Shown: one piece after another, positions 1-11,600 of the stretch
Position numbering within the stretch: position 1 is the first letter of the stretch
Layout of the letters: every line of letters starts with the position of its first letter
Source: Flammeovirgaceae bacterium
Lineage (GTDB): Bacteria; Bacteroidota; Bacteroidia; Cytophagales; Flammeovirgaceae
NCBI GenBank assembly: GCA_019634305.1
Contig: JAHQVQ010000298.1
Span: 1 to 54,852 of the forward strand
Reading direction: 5' to 3'
DNA: 54,852 bases
Program-made: the position numbers and the translations under genes
The notes under the pieces: model-generated
Database searches by the model: none
The model's input: only the letters and a program-made list of their open reading frames with translations
Told to the model about the DNA's origin: nothing

Positions 1-94
1 CCTCCCACAATCCATCTGAAGCTCTAAAGGTTGGAATCCCACTTTCCGCACTGATTCCCGCACCAGAAAGCACAACAAGTTTTTTTTTGGTCAT
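1..94 (-). CDS. cobB: NAD-dependent protein deacylase, Sir2/CobB family (5' part only; runs off the window edge)
   Basis: Manual translation from ATG at 94 gives [31 protein letters not shown], containing the sirtuin [14 protein letters not shown] signature. Not in the ORF track. Confidence 0.93.
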   Translation of the reverse strand, partial: MTKKKLVVLSGAGISAESGIPTFRASDGLWE

Positions 95-500
95 AGTTAA
101 TTAATTTTGAATACCGACAATCAAATTAGTAAAGTGACAAAAATCAAATGGAAATTTAGGTTTTGTCCACTTATTTAGGTAGTAAAAATATGGTAGTTAT
201 TAAAAATTTGAATCCAGAAAAGACTACTTGGTGGAGCAATTAACAAATCCATTTTTAGCCTAAAATGACCTTTTAATGAAATGGATTTAGTACTATTTAT
301 TTATAAAAAAGTTACTTGGAATAGAATTCAGTTACTTATATAAATAATACTAATGGTTCTTTATTTTTACAGAATAAAGAATAAAAAATTACAATCATAA
401 GTGATTTTTTTATAAATATACAGATTACCCATTATTCTTAGATAATTTTAGTGAATAGTATTTATAAAATATTTTTAAAATTAATCTTAATCTTTAAATA

Positions 501-1397
501 ATGATAAAATACTGGATAGAAGCATTCAGATTAAGGACGTTACCATTAGCAATTGCCTGTATTGGAATGGGAAGTTTTCTGGCTGCTTCACAAAATGAAT
601 TTAGATGGGAGGTGTTTTTATTGAGTGCACTTACCACTATTTTTTTGCAAGTTTTATCAAATCTTGCCAATGATTATGGTGATTCCAAACATGGGGCAGA
701 TAGTGCCGAAAGAGAAGGACCTACACGAGCTGTTCAGTCTGGAAAAATTACTTCAAAAGCTATGAAAAATGCGATGTTTATCTTTGCCATACTTTCATTT
801 ATTTCAGGTTTGAGTTTAATTTGGGTATCATTTGATCAAGAAAATTTAATTATTATTCTAATTTTCTTGATTTTGGGAATTTTGGCGATTGGCGCTGCAA
901 TTACCTATACTGCAGGACCTAGTCCTTATGGATACGCAGGTTTGGGTGATATTTCAGTAATGGTATTTTTTGGATGGTTAGGCGTATTAGGAACATTCTA
1001 TTTGCATACAAGTGCTTGGAATTGGATAAACTTATTACCTGCAACAAGTTGCGGTTTATTCGCAACTGCTGTATTAAATGTTAATAATATTAGGGATATT
1101 CCATCTGATAAAATTGCTGGTAAAATGTCTATACCAGTAAGAATTGGAAGAGAAAAAGCAAGGATTTATCATTGGTTGCTTTTAGGTTTTGGTTTGGTAC
1201 TTTCAACAATTTACGTGTTTTTGAATTTTCAATCAGGATGGCAGTTACTGTTCTTATTGGCATTACCTTTACTATTAAAAAATGGGAAAGCAGTTTCCAA
1301 ATATGAAAAATCAAGTGATTTGGATCCATATTTAAAACAAATGGCACTTACTACTCTTGTTTTTGTGGTAACTTTCGGAATAGGTCAAATTATTTAA
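501..1397 (+). CDS. menA: 1,4-dihydroxy-2-naphthoate polyprenyltransferase (UbiA family)
   Basis: RLRTLPLA N-terminus, NLANDYGD and NNIRDIPSD Asp-rich motifs, multiple TM helices. Confidence 0.93.
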   Translation: MIKYWIEAFRLRTLPLAIACIGMGSFLAASQNEFRWEVFLLSALTTIFLQVLSNLANDYGDSKHGADSAEREGPTRAVQSGKITSKAMKNAMFIFAILSFISGLSLIWVSFDQENLIIILIFLILGILAIGAAITYTAGPSPYGYAGLGDISVMVFFGWLGVLGTFYLHTSAWNWINLLPATSCGLFATAVLNVNNIRDIPSDKIAGKMSIPVRIGREKARIYHWLLLGFGLVLSTIYVFLNFQSGWQLLFLLALPLLLKNGKAVSKYEKSSDLDPYLKQMALTTLVFVVTFGIGQII

Positions 1398-1523
1398 TTT
1401 CTCCAAAAATTTTCACCAATTTATACCTAAGGACTAATTGAATTGGTCGTTATTTCTGTTCCAATTCCTAAGAAGAACAACTACTGCAATTTTTTATTAA
1501 CCAATAATACTACTCATAAGCAT

Positions 1524-2180
1524 ATGTCACTTGATAAATTTGGTATTGCCAAAAGGATTGCACAAGAGCTCCAAGATGGCTTTTACGTAAATTTGGGAAT
1601 TGGAATTCCCACACTTGTAGCCAATTATATCCCTGATGGTTTAAATGTAACTTTGCAATCCGAAAATGGCCTATTGGGCATGGGTCCTTACCCAAAAGAA
1701 AAGGATGTTGATGCTGATTTAATCAATGCGGGAAAAGAAACTGTTACTACTTTGCCAGGATCTTCTATTTTTGATTCCTCAGTAAGTTTCTCTATGATAA
1801 GAGGAGGACATGTTGATTTAACAGTATTGGGGGCAATGGAAGTAGCTGAAAATGGAGATATAGCTAATTGGAAGATTCCTGGAAAAATGGTAAAAGGAAT
1901 GGGCGGAGCCATGGATTTGGTGGCTTCTGCTAAAAATATCATTGTGGCCATGATGCATACCAATAAAGCAGGTGAATCAAAATTATTAAAGAAGTGCTCT
2001 TTACCTATTACTGGAGTTAATTGTGTAAGAAAAATTGTTACAAATTTAGCTGTTTTGGAAGTGGTTGATAGTGGGTTTAAATTACTTGAAAGAGCCCCAG
2101 GGGTAAGTATTGATGTGATTCAAAATGCAACAGAAGGGAACTTGATGGTGGGAGAAAATGTCCCTGAAATGTCAATTTAA
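1524..2180 (+). CDS. scoB: 3-oxoacid CoA-transferase subunit B
   Basis: [15 protein letters not shown] (catalytic Glu) and GMGGAMDL motifs. Start moved from 1443 to the ATG at 1524 (MSLDK), where family similarity begins. Confidence 0.92.
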   Translation: MSLDKFGIAKRIAQELQDGFYVNLGIGIPTLVANYIPDGLNVTLQSENGLLGMGPYPKEKDVDADLINAGKETVTTLPGSSIFDSSVSFSMIRGGHVDLTVLGAMEVAENGDIANWKIPGKMVKGMGGAMDLVASAKNIIVAMMHTNKAGESKLLKKCSLPITGVNCVRKIVTNLAVLEVVDSGFKLLERAPGVSIDVIQNATEGNLMVGENVPEMSI

Positions 2181-2212
2181 AACAGCTTCAAACCAAAATT
2201 TTATTTTTCTTA

Positions 2213-3328
2213 ATGTCAATAAATGATTCGTATCTGGTTAAAAACCCGAATTTAATAATTACTCCTTCTTTACTTTTTTATCCGAAATTAATAAATGAGA
2301 ATATCAAAAAAATGATTTCTCTGGTCGATGGCGGTATAAACCAGTTAAGGCCACATGTAAAAACTCACAAAAGTGCTGAGGTGATTAAACTACATTTAAG
2401 GAAGGGGATTTATAAATTCAAGTGTGCTACGATTGCCGAAGTAGAGATGGTGGCAGAGGCAGGAGGTAAAGATATTCTTCTTGCTTTTCAGCCAACAGTT
2501 ATAAATATACAACGGTTGCTTAAGTTGGTTGTCAATTATCCAAATGTAGTCTTTTCAACAATTATTGATAATCCAAAAACATTAAAACAGCTTTCTGAAA
2601 TTTCCTTAAAGAATAGGAAGAAAATCCAAGTGTTTGTGGATATAGATTGTGGAATGCAAAGAACTGGCATTAAACCAGGAGATAATGTTGTTGATCTATT
2701 CCAAATGATTAAAGATTTACCAGGAACTACTCCAGCCGGATTACATATTTATGATGGTCATATCCATCATTCGACTATTGAGGAAAGAAAAAACGAATGT
2801 AAACTGGCTTTTGAAAAGGTTCTGGAATTAATTCGAAATCTGGAAAGCAAAGGTTTTGAAGTCCTTAATATTGTTGCTGGAGGAACGCCTACTTTTATTA
2901 TTCATAGTAAAAATAAGGATTGGGAAGTTTCACCGGGAACTTCTGTTCTATGGGATTGGGGGTATGAAAAATTATTTCCAGATTTACCTTTTAAGCATGC
3001 TGCTACCCTATTAACCAGGGTGATCAGTAAACCAGATGAAAAATTGATTTGCCTGGATTTGGGTTATAAATCTATTGCCTCGGAACAACCCCAACCTAGA
3101 GTGAATTTCCCTCAGCTATCCAGTTTTGAAGTAGTTAACCACAGTGAGGAACATATGGTAATTAATACTGAAGAAGCGTCAAGCTTGGAAGTAGGAGATG
3201 TTCTGTACGGAATCCCTCAACATATTTGCCCAACCTGTTGCCTTTATGAAGAGGCATTGATAGTAGAAGGTAATGAAGTAATTAATAGTTGGGAAATTAC
3301 TGCGAGAAATAAAAAAATCACCTTTTAA
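2213..3328 (+). CDS. D-threonine aldolase-like PLP-dependent enzyme (alanine racemase fold)
   Basis: LRPHVKTHK PLP-lysine motif, YDGH, SEEH and PQHICPT metal-binding motifs. Confidence 0.88.
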   Translation: MSINDSYLVKNPNLIITPSLLFYPKLINENIKKMISLVDGGINQLRPHVKTHKSAEVIKLHLRKGIYKFKCATIAEVEMVAEAGGKDILLAFQPTVINIQRLLKLVVNYPNVVFSTIIDNPKTLKQLSEISLKNRKKIQVFVDIDCGMQRTGIKPGDNVVDLFQMIKDLPGTTPAGLHIYDGHIHHSTIEERKNECKLAFEKVLELIRNLESKGFEVLNIVAGGTPTFIIHSKNKDWEVSPGTSVLWDWGYEKLFPDLPFKHAATLLTRVISKPDEKLICLDLGYKSIASEQPQPRVNFPQLSSFEVVNHSEEHMVINTEEASSLEVGDVLYGIPQHICPTCCLYEEALIVEGNEVINSWEITARNKKITF

Positions 3329-3339
3329 ATTATATTTTA

Positions 3340-4407
3340 GTGTTTGTATTTGATGCTCATCTTGATTTAAGTATGAATGCCCTGGAATGGAATAGGGATA
3401 TTAGAAAAACTGTGGCTGAGATTAGAGAATTAGAGAAAGGTCAAAATGATAAACCTGATAGAGGGAAAAATACTGTTTGTCTCCCGGAAATGCGAACTGG
3501 AAATATTGGAATTTGTGTAGCAACTCAAATTGCCCGATATGTAAAACCTGGAAGTTCGCTACCTGGGTGGCAATCACAGGAACAAGCTTGGGCACAAACC
3601 CAAGGACAATTGGCTTGGTATAAAGTGATGGAAGAATTAGGGGAAATGATTCAGGTTACGAATAATGAGCAATTAGAAAATCAATTGAATTTGTGGTTGG
3701 AAAAACCTGAGGGAAATCACCCCATAGGATATATTTTAAGTTTGGAAGGTGCAGATTCAATTGTTTCCATGAAGCATCTAGAAAAATCATATTCTCAGGG
3801 ATTGAGAGCCTTAGGTCCTGCTCATTATGGCCCCGGAGTTTATGCTTATGGCACAGATTCTGAAGGTGGACTTGGCAAAAAGGGTAGGGGTTTATTAAAA
3901 GAGATGGAGAATTTGAATATTATTCTGGATGCTACTCATCTATGTGATGAGAGTTTCTGGGAAGCGATGGATAATTTTCAAGGGCATGTTTGGGCCAGCC
4001 ATTCCAATTGCAGGGCTTTAGTTCCTCATAACAGGCAGTTTGCCGATGAGCAAATTAAAGAATTAATAAATCGAGGGGCAGTAATTGGAGGAGCCTTAGA
4101 TGCCTGGATGATGGTTCCAGGATGGGTGAGAGGAAAGTCTGATCCTGCTAGAGATAATGTTTCATTAATTCAACTGATTGATAATATCGATAGAGTTTGT
4201 CAAATTGCAGGGAATTCCCTTCATTCAGGAATTGGGACTGATTTGGATGGAGGCTTTGGGAAAGAACAATGTCCCCATGATTTGGAAACCATTCAGGATC
4301 TTCAAAAAGTGCCTGAATTATTAAAAGGAAGGGGGTTTAAGGAAGAAGATGTTGAAAATATCATATATAAAAACTGGATCAGGTTTTTGAAAAATGCCTG
4401 GAAGTAG
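3340..4407 (+). CDS. Membrane dipeptidase family (M19) amidohydrolase
   Basis: DAHLD, LSLEG, ASHSN and GIGTDLDG motifs. GTG start 11 bp after the previous gene. Confidence 0.88.
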   Translation: MFVFDAHLDLSMNALEWNRDIRKTVAEIRELEKGQNDKPDRGKNTVCLPEMRTGNIGICVATQIARYVKPGSSLPGWQSQEQAWAQTQGQLAWYKVMEELGEMIQVTNNEQLENQLNLWLEKPEGNHPIGYILSLEGADSIVSMKHLEKSYSQGLRALGPAHYGPGVYAYGTDSEGGLGKKGRGLLKEMENLNIILDATHLCDESFWEAMDNFQGHVWASHSNCRALVPHNRQFADEQIKELINRGAVIGGALDAWMMVPGWVRGKSDPARDNVSLIQLIDNIDRVCQIAGNSLHSGIGTDLDGGFGKEQCPHDLETIQDLQKVPELLKGRGFKEEDVENIIYKNWIRFLKNAWK

Positions 4408-4427
4408 TTTGGGAAAAGACATAAATT

Positions 4428-4462
4428 AAAAAAGGGAACCAATATTTTTGGTTCCCTTTTTT
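4428..4462. terminator. Bidirectional intrinsic terminator
   Basis: AAAAAAGGGAACC-loop-GGTTCCCTTTTTT between convergent genes. Confidence 0.85.
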
Positions 4463-4483
4463 CCTATTTATCATTCAGGCAAA

Positions 4484-4849
4484 TTACCGTTTTATCATTT
4501 CAATTAAATCTCGTTCAATTTGCCAGTCTTTTGCTAATTTCAGCATTGCTGTAGCTTCCATTTCGCTAATATAACCCTTTTTATTATTGGCATCCCAAAC
4601 CATGCTTAGGTAGGACAGTCTTTCTTCCTTGGCAAGACCATTCATTATATCTCTTAAATAATCTCTAGCTCTGTCAAAAGCTGTATAATAATCTTCTGAA
4701 ATAAATTCATTTGCCCATTCTAATTCTTTATGAGCACTTAGATTATCAGCAGTTTCATCAAGAATTTTCTGTTCATCCTCATCCAATCCATGGTAATGGA
4801 AAATTACAGATTTAAGAAGTAAATATGCCTTTTTCTCTTCACTTGTCAT
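4484..4849 (-). CDS. Hypothetical helical protein, possibly TerB-like
   Basis: ATG at 4849 (MTSEEKK). Two similar helical halves (GLDEDEQKIL / GYISEMEATAM) reminiscent of the TerB fold. Fold call is inference. Confidence 0.65.
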   Translation of the reverse strand: MTSEEKKAYLLLKSVIFHYHGLDEDEQKILDETADNLSAHKELEWANEFISEDYYTAFDRARDYLRDIMNGLAKEERLSYLSMVWDANNKKGYISEMEATAMLKLAKDWQIERDLIEMIKR

Positions 4850-5042
4850 ATTAGGTAACAAAAACTTGTGCAAAACAAATATAACATTTTATATAATATA
4901 ATTGATAATTCTAAAAAAATGAATCAGACAAAATAAAAAGTATTTATTAAGTAATTTCAAAATATAAAAACCCTGGAAAATATTTTTTTGATGAATGAAT
5001 ATTAGTGAAACCAGGTTTGCCACAATTATTATAAAAAAGTAA

Positions 5043-5981
5043 CTATTTGCCTAATTTGTTTTTAAAATACTCATATGTCCTTTTTAAACCTTCACTTCTA
5101 TCAACCTTAGGTTCCCAGCCTAATATTTCTTTTGCTTTAGTAATATCCGGACATCTTTGCTTTGGATCATCTTTTGGTAAATCTTTATAGATTACTTTGT
5201 TATTGGTACCAGTTAATTTGATGATTTCCTCAGCAAATTCTTTAATAGTTATTTCACTAGGATTTCCGATATTTACTGGTAAAGCATAATCACTTAAAAG
5301 TAATCTGTAAATTCCATCTACAAGATCATCAACATAGCAGAATGATCTGGTTTGGCTACCATCACCAAAAACTGTCAAATCATTTCCCATTAATGCCTGG
5401 CCCATAAATGCAGGAAGTGCTCTACCATCATCAAGCCTCATTCTTGGGCCATATGTATTGAAAATCCTTACCATTCTGGTTTCAAGTCCATGGTAAGTAT
5501 GGTAGGCCATAGTGATTGCTTCCTGAAACCTTTTCGCTTCATCATATACACCTCTAGGGCCAACAGAATTTACATTTCCCCAATATTCTTCTTTTTGAGG
5601 GTGTACATCCGGATCTCCATATACTTCTGAAGTAGAAGCTACAATAATTCTGGCATTTTTTGCCCTTGCAAGTCCCAATAAGTTATGAGTACCTAGAGAG
5701 CCAACTTTTAAGGTTTGGATAGGAATTTTTAAGTAATCAATTGGACTGGCAGGAGAGGCAAAATGCACTATATAATCTAAATCACCTGGTACATGGACAA
5801 ATTTTGAAACATCATGGTGGTAAAACTCAAACTGTTTTAATTTAAAAAGATGTTCAATATTATCTAGGTTTCCAGTAATCAAATTATCCATGCCGATTAC
5901 ATCGTAACCGTTATCAATGAATTTATCACTTAAATGTGAGCCCAAAAAACCGGCTGCACCTGTTATTAATACCCTCTTCAT
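5043..5981 (-). CDS. uxs: UDP-glucuronate decarboxylase (UDP-xylose synthase), extended SDR
   Basis: [30 protein letters not shown] and [10 protein letters not shown] motifs. Confidence 0.9.
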   Translation of the reverse strand: MKRVLITGAAGFLGSHLSDKFIDNGYDVIGMDNLITGNLDNIEHLFKLKQFEFYHHDVSKFVHVPGDLDYIVHFASPASPIDYLKIPIQTLKVGSLGTHNLLGLARAKNARIIVASTSEVYGDPDVHPQKEEYWGNVNSVGPRGVYDEAKRFQEAITMAYHTYHGLETRMVRIFNTYGPRMRLDDGRALPAFMGQALMGNDLTVFGDGSQTRSFCYVDDLVDGIYRLLLSDYALPVNIGNPSEITIKEFAEEIIKLTGTNNKVIYKDLPKDDPKQRCPDITKAKEILGWEPKVDRSEGLKRTYEYFKNKLGK

Positions 5982-6016
5982 GAGTTAAGGTTTTTATTTT
6001 TTTTTAATTTTTTATT

Positions 6017-6048
6017 AAAAAGCCGGTAAAATTTTAATTTTACTGGCT
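6017..6048 (-). terminator. Terminator-like hairpin between ugd and uxs
   Basis: Minus strand reads AGCCAGTAAAA-loop-TTTTACCGGCT then TTTT. The stem has one A-C mismatch on this strand (G-U on the + strand). Confidence 0.5.
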
Positions 6049-6058
6049 AGTAAAAGTA

Positions 6059-7372
6059 TTAAGGATTGATAAGCTCTCTTCCTATACTGGCATAATAAAA
6101 ACCAAGATCTTTCATTTCATCCAAATCATAGAGATTTCTTCCATCAAATATGACCTTGGATTTCATGGTTTTAGCTAATTTATCAAATTCAGGAACCCTG
6201 AAAAGTGACCATTCGGTGGCTACAATTAAAGCATCAGCATCTATGACTGCTTCATTATGTCCTTTAGCATATTTAATTTTATCACCTAAAAGCTCTTGCA
6301 CATTTTCCATAGCTTCTGGATCGTAAGCAACAATTTCAGCACCAGCAGCTACTAATTCATTGATTATATATAATGCAGGAGCTTCTCTTATATCATCAGT
6401 ATCTGGCTTAAATGCTAATCCCCAAAGAGCCAGTTTTTTGCCTTTTAGATCATTGTTAAAATATGATTTAATCTTCGGAACAATTACTATTTTTTGTTTT
6501 TCATTAATTTCCATTACTGAGTTAAGTATTTGGAAATCAAAATCTTGTTCTTTCCCAGATTTTGCCAAAGCCTGAACATCCTTTGGGAAGCAACTTCCTC
6601 CATAGCCTATTCCAGGAAAGAGAAAACGTTTTCCAATCCTACTGTCGGTCCCAATACCAATCCTTACTTTATCTACATCTGCACCTACCTTCTCACAGAA
6701 ATTAGCGATTTCGTTCATAAAAGTAATTTTGGTAGCTAAAAATGAATTTGCAGCATATTTAGTAAGCTCAGCAGATTTTTCATCCATAAAAATAATTGGA
6801 TTTCCCTGTCTTACATATGGTTTATACAAAGCTCCCATAAGTGCTCTTGCAGCTTCAGAGCTTGCTCCAATCACAATTCTATCAGGCTTCATAAAATCAC
6901 TGACTGCAAAACCTTCCCTTAAAAATTCTGGGTTGGACACTATATCAAAATCAACTTTTGCATTTTCAGCCACTTTGGCGTGAACTTTTTCTGCAGTTCC
7001 TACGGGGACTGTACTTTTGTCGACAATTACCTTATATTCTGTAATTATTTTGCCTAATTCTTCAGCTACATTCAAAACATAAGAAAGGTCTGCAGACCCA
7101 TCTTCACCTGGAGGAGTAGGTAGTGCTAGAAAAATGATAGAAGCTTCATCTACTGCTTCTTCTAGGTTAGTTGTAAATGTTAATCTGCCGGCCTTTATAT
7201 TTCTTTCAAAAATGACATCCAGATTTGGTTCGTAGATAGGAACCTCCCCATCTTGCATTTTTTTTACCTTCTTTTCATTGATGTCAACACAAATAACATT
7301 GTTACCTGTCTCTGCTAAACAAGTCCCAGTTACGAGACCTACATAACCTGTACCGACTACAGCAATATTCAT
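6059..7372 (-). CDS. ugd: UDP-glucose 6-dehydrogenase
   Basis: GTGYVG, SNPEFLREG, GYGGSCFPKD (catalytic Cys) and GLAFKPDTDD motifs. Confidence 0.95.
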   Translation of the reverse strand: MNIAVVGTGYVGLVTGTCLAETGNNVICVDINEKKVKKMQDGEVPIYEPNLDVIFERNIKAGRLTFTTNLEEAVDEASIIFLALPTPPGEDGSADLSYVLNVAEELGKIITEYKVIVDKSTVPVGTAEKVHAKVAENAKVDFDIVSNPEFLREGFAVSDFMKPDRIVIGASSEAARALMGALYKPYVRQGNPIIFMDEKSAELTKYAANSFLATKITFMNEIANFCEKVGADVDKVRIGIGTDSRIGKRFLFPGIGYGGSCFPKDVQALAKSGKEQDFDFQILNSVMEINEKQKIVIVPKIKSYFNNDLKGKKLALWGLAFKPDTDDIREAPALYIINELVAAGAEIVAYDPEAMENVQELLGDKIKYAKGHNEAVIDADALIVATEWSLFRVPEFDKLAKTMKSKVIFDGRNLYDLDEMKDLGFYYASIGRELINP

Positions 7373-7740
7373 AATGGATTAGAATTAAATGAATAAATGG
7401 ATTTAGATTTTTTTAATTAGAAGTAATTTGAGTTTAATAATCAAAATCATGTGATTTTTATATTAAGCCTCAAATTTTTTAGTGATTAAATTTTAGAAAA
7501 TAGGAAAATTTACTTTAATGTAAGTTTTTTTCAATTTTAAACTGCAATTCTAAGGCTAAGGATTAGCCGGTTGAACTTTAAAGAGTTAATGAAATTAAAG
7601 GAAAAATAGAATATTAGAATAGTACAAAAAAATGTTACTTTATTTAAATAATAGGCTATTCTAAATTAATTTAGTAGAATTTTTAAAGTGATTCGAAATT
7701 AATGATAATTAAAGTGATCATGAATTTTTTTGAGGAAAAA

Positions 7741-8367
7741 TTATAAAAATTCATCAATTTCCCCTAAACCTTGCCTTATTATTTCAATATTATCATTTGT
7801 ACAATTAAGTATGGTGGAAGGAACATTGTTTCCATAGCCTCCATCAACAACTGCCTCCACCAGATTATTGTATTTTTCTAATATTAACTCTGGATCAGTA
7901 AAGTATTCAACTATTTCATCTTCATCTCTAATTGATGTAGTTAATATAGGATTTCCAAGTTCTTTTACTATTTCTCTTGGGATATTATTATTTGGTACTC
8001 TAATTCCTACTTGTTTTTTTTTAATCCCAAAAATTTTAGGAACATTGGAGCTTGCTCCTAAAATATAAGTAAATGGTCCCGGTAACGTTTTTTTCATCAA
8101 TTTAAAAACCAGGTTGCTAATTCGCTTCGCATAATTACTAATCTCACTTAAATCATAACAAATAAAGGAGAAATCCAATTTGTCAGGTTTAACTCCTTTC
8201 AATCGACAAAGCCTGCTGATTGCCTTGGTATTATAAATATCACAACCAATAGCATAAATAGTATCTGTAGGGTAGATTACTAAGCCTCCAGACTTCAAAA
8301 CCTCAACAACTTGACGGATCTTATTTTCTTGTGGATTATCAGGATTGATCTTAATAAAATCAGCCAT
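7741..8367 (-). CDS. Sua5/YciO/YrdC family protein (threonylcarbamoyl-AMP synthase-like; YciO-like)
   Basis: YPTDTIYAIGC, LPGPFT and VGIRVP motifs. Confidence 0.88.
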   Translation of the reverse strand: MADFIKINPDNPQENKIRQVVEVLKSGGLVIYPTDTIYAIGCDIYNTKAISRLCRLKGVKPDKLDFSFICYDLSEISNYAKRISNLVFKLMKKTLPGPFTYILGASSNVPKIFGIKKKQVGIRVPNNNIPREIVKELGNPILTTSIRDEDEIVEYFTDPELILEKYNNLVEAVVDGGYGNNVPSTILNCTNDNIEIIRQGLGEIDEFL

Positions 8368-8612
8368 GTAACGATCGGAGTTAATTTGTGTTTTTTTGGG
8401 AAAGTAAGCTATTCTTGATGATTAATCAAAATAATTAGTGGTACTTTTTTAATAATTTACTTCTTTAGGAATTTCCATAAAATGATATTTCCCTCGTGTG
8501 GTTTTTATGATAAAAAGTAGCCTTTAAATATTTTTTTTTGAGTTTGTGCCTATTTGGCAGTGATTTTTAAAATAGCATGGCTTTAGAGGAAGCGATTCTG
8601 AAATTCTATTTG

Positions 8613-8660
8613 TAAATTTGTAGTATTTCCAAAAGTCCACTTTTTTGGTTTATGGAAATA
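8613..8660 (+). promoter_or_regulatory. Bacteroidota -7 promoter element of secA followed by a 5'-leader hairpin
   Basis: TAAATTTG at 8613-8620 matches TAnnTTTG. Stem TATTTCCA (8624-8631) / TGGAAATA (8653-8660). No clear -33 element. Confidence 0.55.
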
Positions 8661-8692
8661 GCACAATTACGTATTTAAATATATAAAATAAC

Positions 8693-11600
8693 ATGATAAA
8701 CCTGGTTACTCAAGTTTTTACAAAATTATTTGGTACCAAATCGGATAAAGATTTAAAAGAAATAGGTCCTTTGGTAGATGTAATAAACAATGAGTTTGCA
8801 AAGCTTGCTCAAATATCTGATGATGAATTAAGAGCCGAAACACCAAGGTTACAAGGGGTGATTGATGAATTTTTAAAAGACATCGATGCTCAAATTGATG
8901 GTCTTCATAAAAAAATTGAAGATAATCCTGATCTTGATATTGAAGAAAAAGAAGCTGTATTTCAGGAGATAGACAAGCTGGAAGAAGATCGAAATAAAGA
9001 ATTGGAGAAAGTGTTGATGGAGGTTCTTCCTCAGGCTTTTGCAGTGGTGAAAGAAACAGCTAGAAGATTTAAGGAAAATGGTTTTCTTGAAGTTACAGTA
9101 ACTGATTCTGATGAAGCTATTGCTGCAGTAAAAAATAATGTAACCATTGCTGATGGAAAAGCGAAATGGTCGAATAAATGGGATGCAGCTGGTACAGAGA
9201 TTACCTGGAATATGTTGCATTTCGATGTTCAGCTAATTGGAGGGGTTGTACTTCATCAGGGAAAAATTGCAGAGATGGCCACGGGAGAGGGTAAAACCCT
9301 TGTTGCAACTTTACCTTCCTATCTGAATGCTTTAGCCAGAAGAGGAGTACATATAGTTACTGTGAATGATTACCTGGCTAAAAGGGACTCTGAATGGATG
9401 GCTCCTCTAATGGAGTTCCATGGTCTTAAGGTAGATTGTATTGACAAATATCAACCACATTCTGATGCCAGAAAAGAAGCTTATCAGGCAGATATCACTT
9501 ACGGAACAAATAATGAATTTGGCTTTGATTATCTAAGGGATAATATGGCTAGAAGCCTTGATGAGCAAGTTCAGAAAAGACACCACTTTACAATGGTGGA
9601 TGAGGTTGATTCTGTGTTGATAGATGATGCCAGAACACCACTTATTATTTCTGGTCCTGTGCCAAAAGGAGACGAACAGGAGTACAATGATTTAAAGCCA
9701 AGAATTCAGAAAATAGTAGATGCTCAGAAAAAATTAACTTCTGATTATCTTAAGACAGCCAAAAAACAAATTGCTGAAGGAAATGACGAAGATGGTGGTT
9801 TAGCCTTATTAAGGGCGCATAGAGGTTTGCCTAAATATAGACCTCTGATTAAGTACTTAGGTGAAATGGGCATAAAGCAAAAAATGCAAAAGACTGAAAA
9901 TTTCTATTTGCAAGAAAATGCTAAGCTTATGCCAAAAGCGGATGAGCCATTATACTTTACCATTGATGAGAAAAATAATGTTATTGACCTTACTGAAAAA
10001 GGTTTAGAAATGATTACTCATGAAGGTGAAGATAAATCTTTCTTTGTGTTGCCTGATATTGGAGTGGGGCTAGATAAGATTGATAAGATGGAGGCTGAGG
10101 AAAAGGAAAAAATTAAATTGAAAGATGAATTAATTTCCGATTATACCGCTAAAACTCAAAGAATCCATACAATCAATCAGTTATTAAAAGCTTATACTCT
10201 TTTTGAAAAGGATGTTGACTACATTATTGTAGACTCTAAAGTGAAAATTGTAGATGAACAGACTGGTAGGGTGATGGAAGGAAGACGATATTCTGATGGG
10301 CTTCACCAGGCGCTTGAAGCCAAGGAGAATGTGAAGGTGGAGGATGCTACCCAAACATATGCAACAGTTACACTTCAAAATTATTTTAGAATGTACCATA
10401 AGCTTGCTGGTATGACTGGTACAGCTGAAACTGAGGCTGGTGAGTTTTGGGAAATTTATAAACTTGATGTAGTAGTAATTCCTACTAACAGACCTATCCA
10501 AAGAGCGGATAGAGAAGATAAAGTTTATAAAACCCTTAGAGATAAATTCAATGCTGTAACTGAAGAAATTCAGGAATTGGTAAATGCCAGAAGACCTGTA
10601 TTAGTAGGTACAACCTCAGTCGAGAACTCTGAAATTTTAAGCAGGTTATTAAGTATTAGAAAAATTCCCCACCAGGTATTAAATGCAAAGCAACATGCTC
10701 GTGAAGCGGAAGTAGTAGCAAGTGCAGGTTTGCCTGGAACAGTTACTATTGCCACCAACATGGCTGGTAGGGGTACTGATATTAAACTTCATCCGGATTC
10801 TAAAAAAGCCGGAGGTTTGGCCATTGTTGGTACGGAAAGACACGAGTCCCGAAGGGTAGACAGGCAGCTGAGAGGTAGGTCTGGTAGACAGGGAGATCCG
10901 GGATCGACTCAATTTTTTGTCAGTTTGGAAGATAACCTGATGAGATTATTTGGTTCTGACAGGATAGCAAGAGTAATGGATAGACTTGGGTTGGAAGAAG
11001 GAGAGGTGATTCAGCACTCCATGATTACCAAATCTATTGAGAGGGCTCAAAGAAAAGTAGAAGAAAATAACTTTTCAATAAGGAAAAGACTTTTGGAGTA
11101 TGATGATGTAATGAACTTCCAAAGAGAAGTAATTTACAAAAGGAGAAGAAATGCCCTCCAAGGTGAAAGGTTGGAGCTTGATATTATGAGATTCTTTTAT
11201 GATTCAGCAAAAAGTGTAATTGATAGTACTGTTGGAGATTATGAAGGTTTTGAACTTAATGCGTTACATTCCTTCGGAATAACTCCTGAAATTGGTGAAG
11301 ATGAATTTAATAAAGGAGATGTTACCGTACTAACTGATAAATTATATGATCAGGCTTATCATACATATGTACAAAAGTGTGAGGAGGTTAAGCAAAAAAC
11401 TTACCCTGTTATTGCAGGGACTTTTGAGGAAAGAGGAGGAACAGTGGAAGATATTGTCGTGCCATTTACGGATGGAGCCAAACAAATCAATGTAGTCACA
11501 AACCTTAAGAATGCTAAAGAAACTAATTGTAAATCATTGGTTAAATCAATGGAACAAAGTATTTCCCTTGGAATTATTGATCAGGGATGGAAAGAGCATC

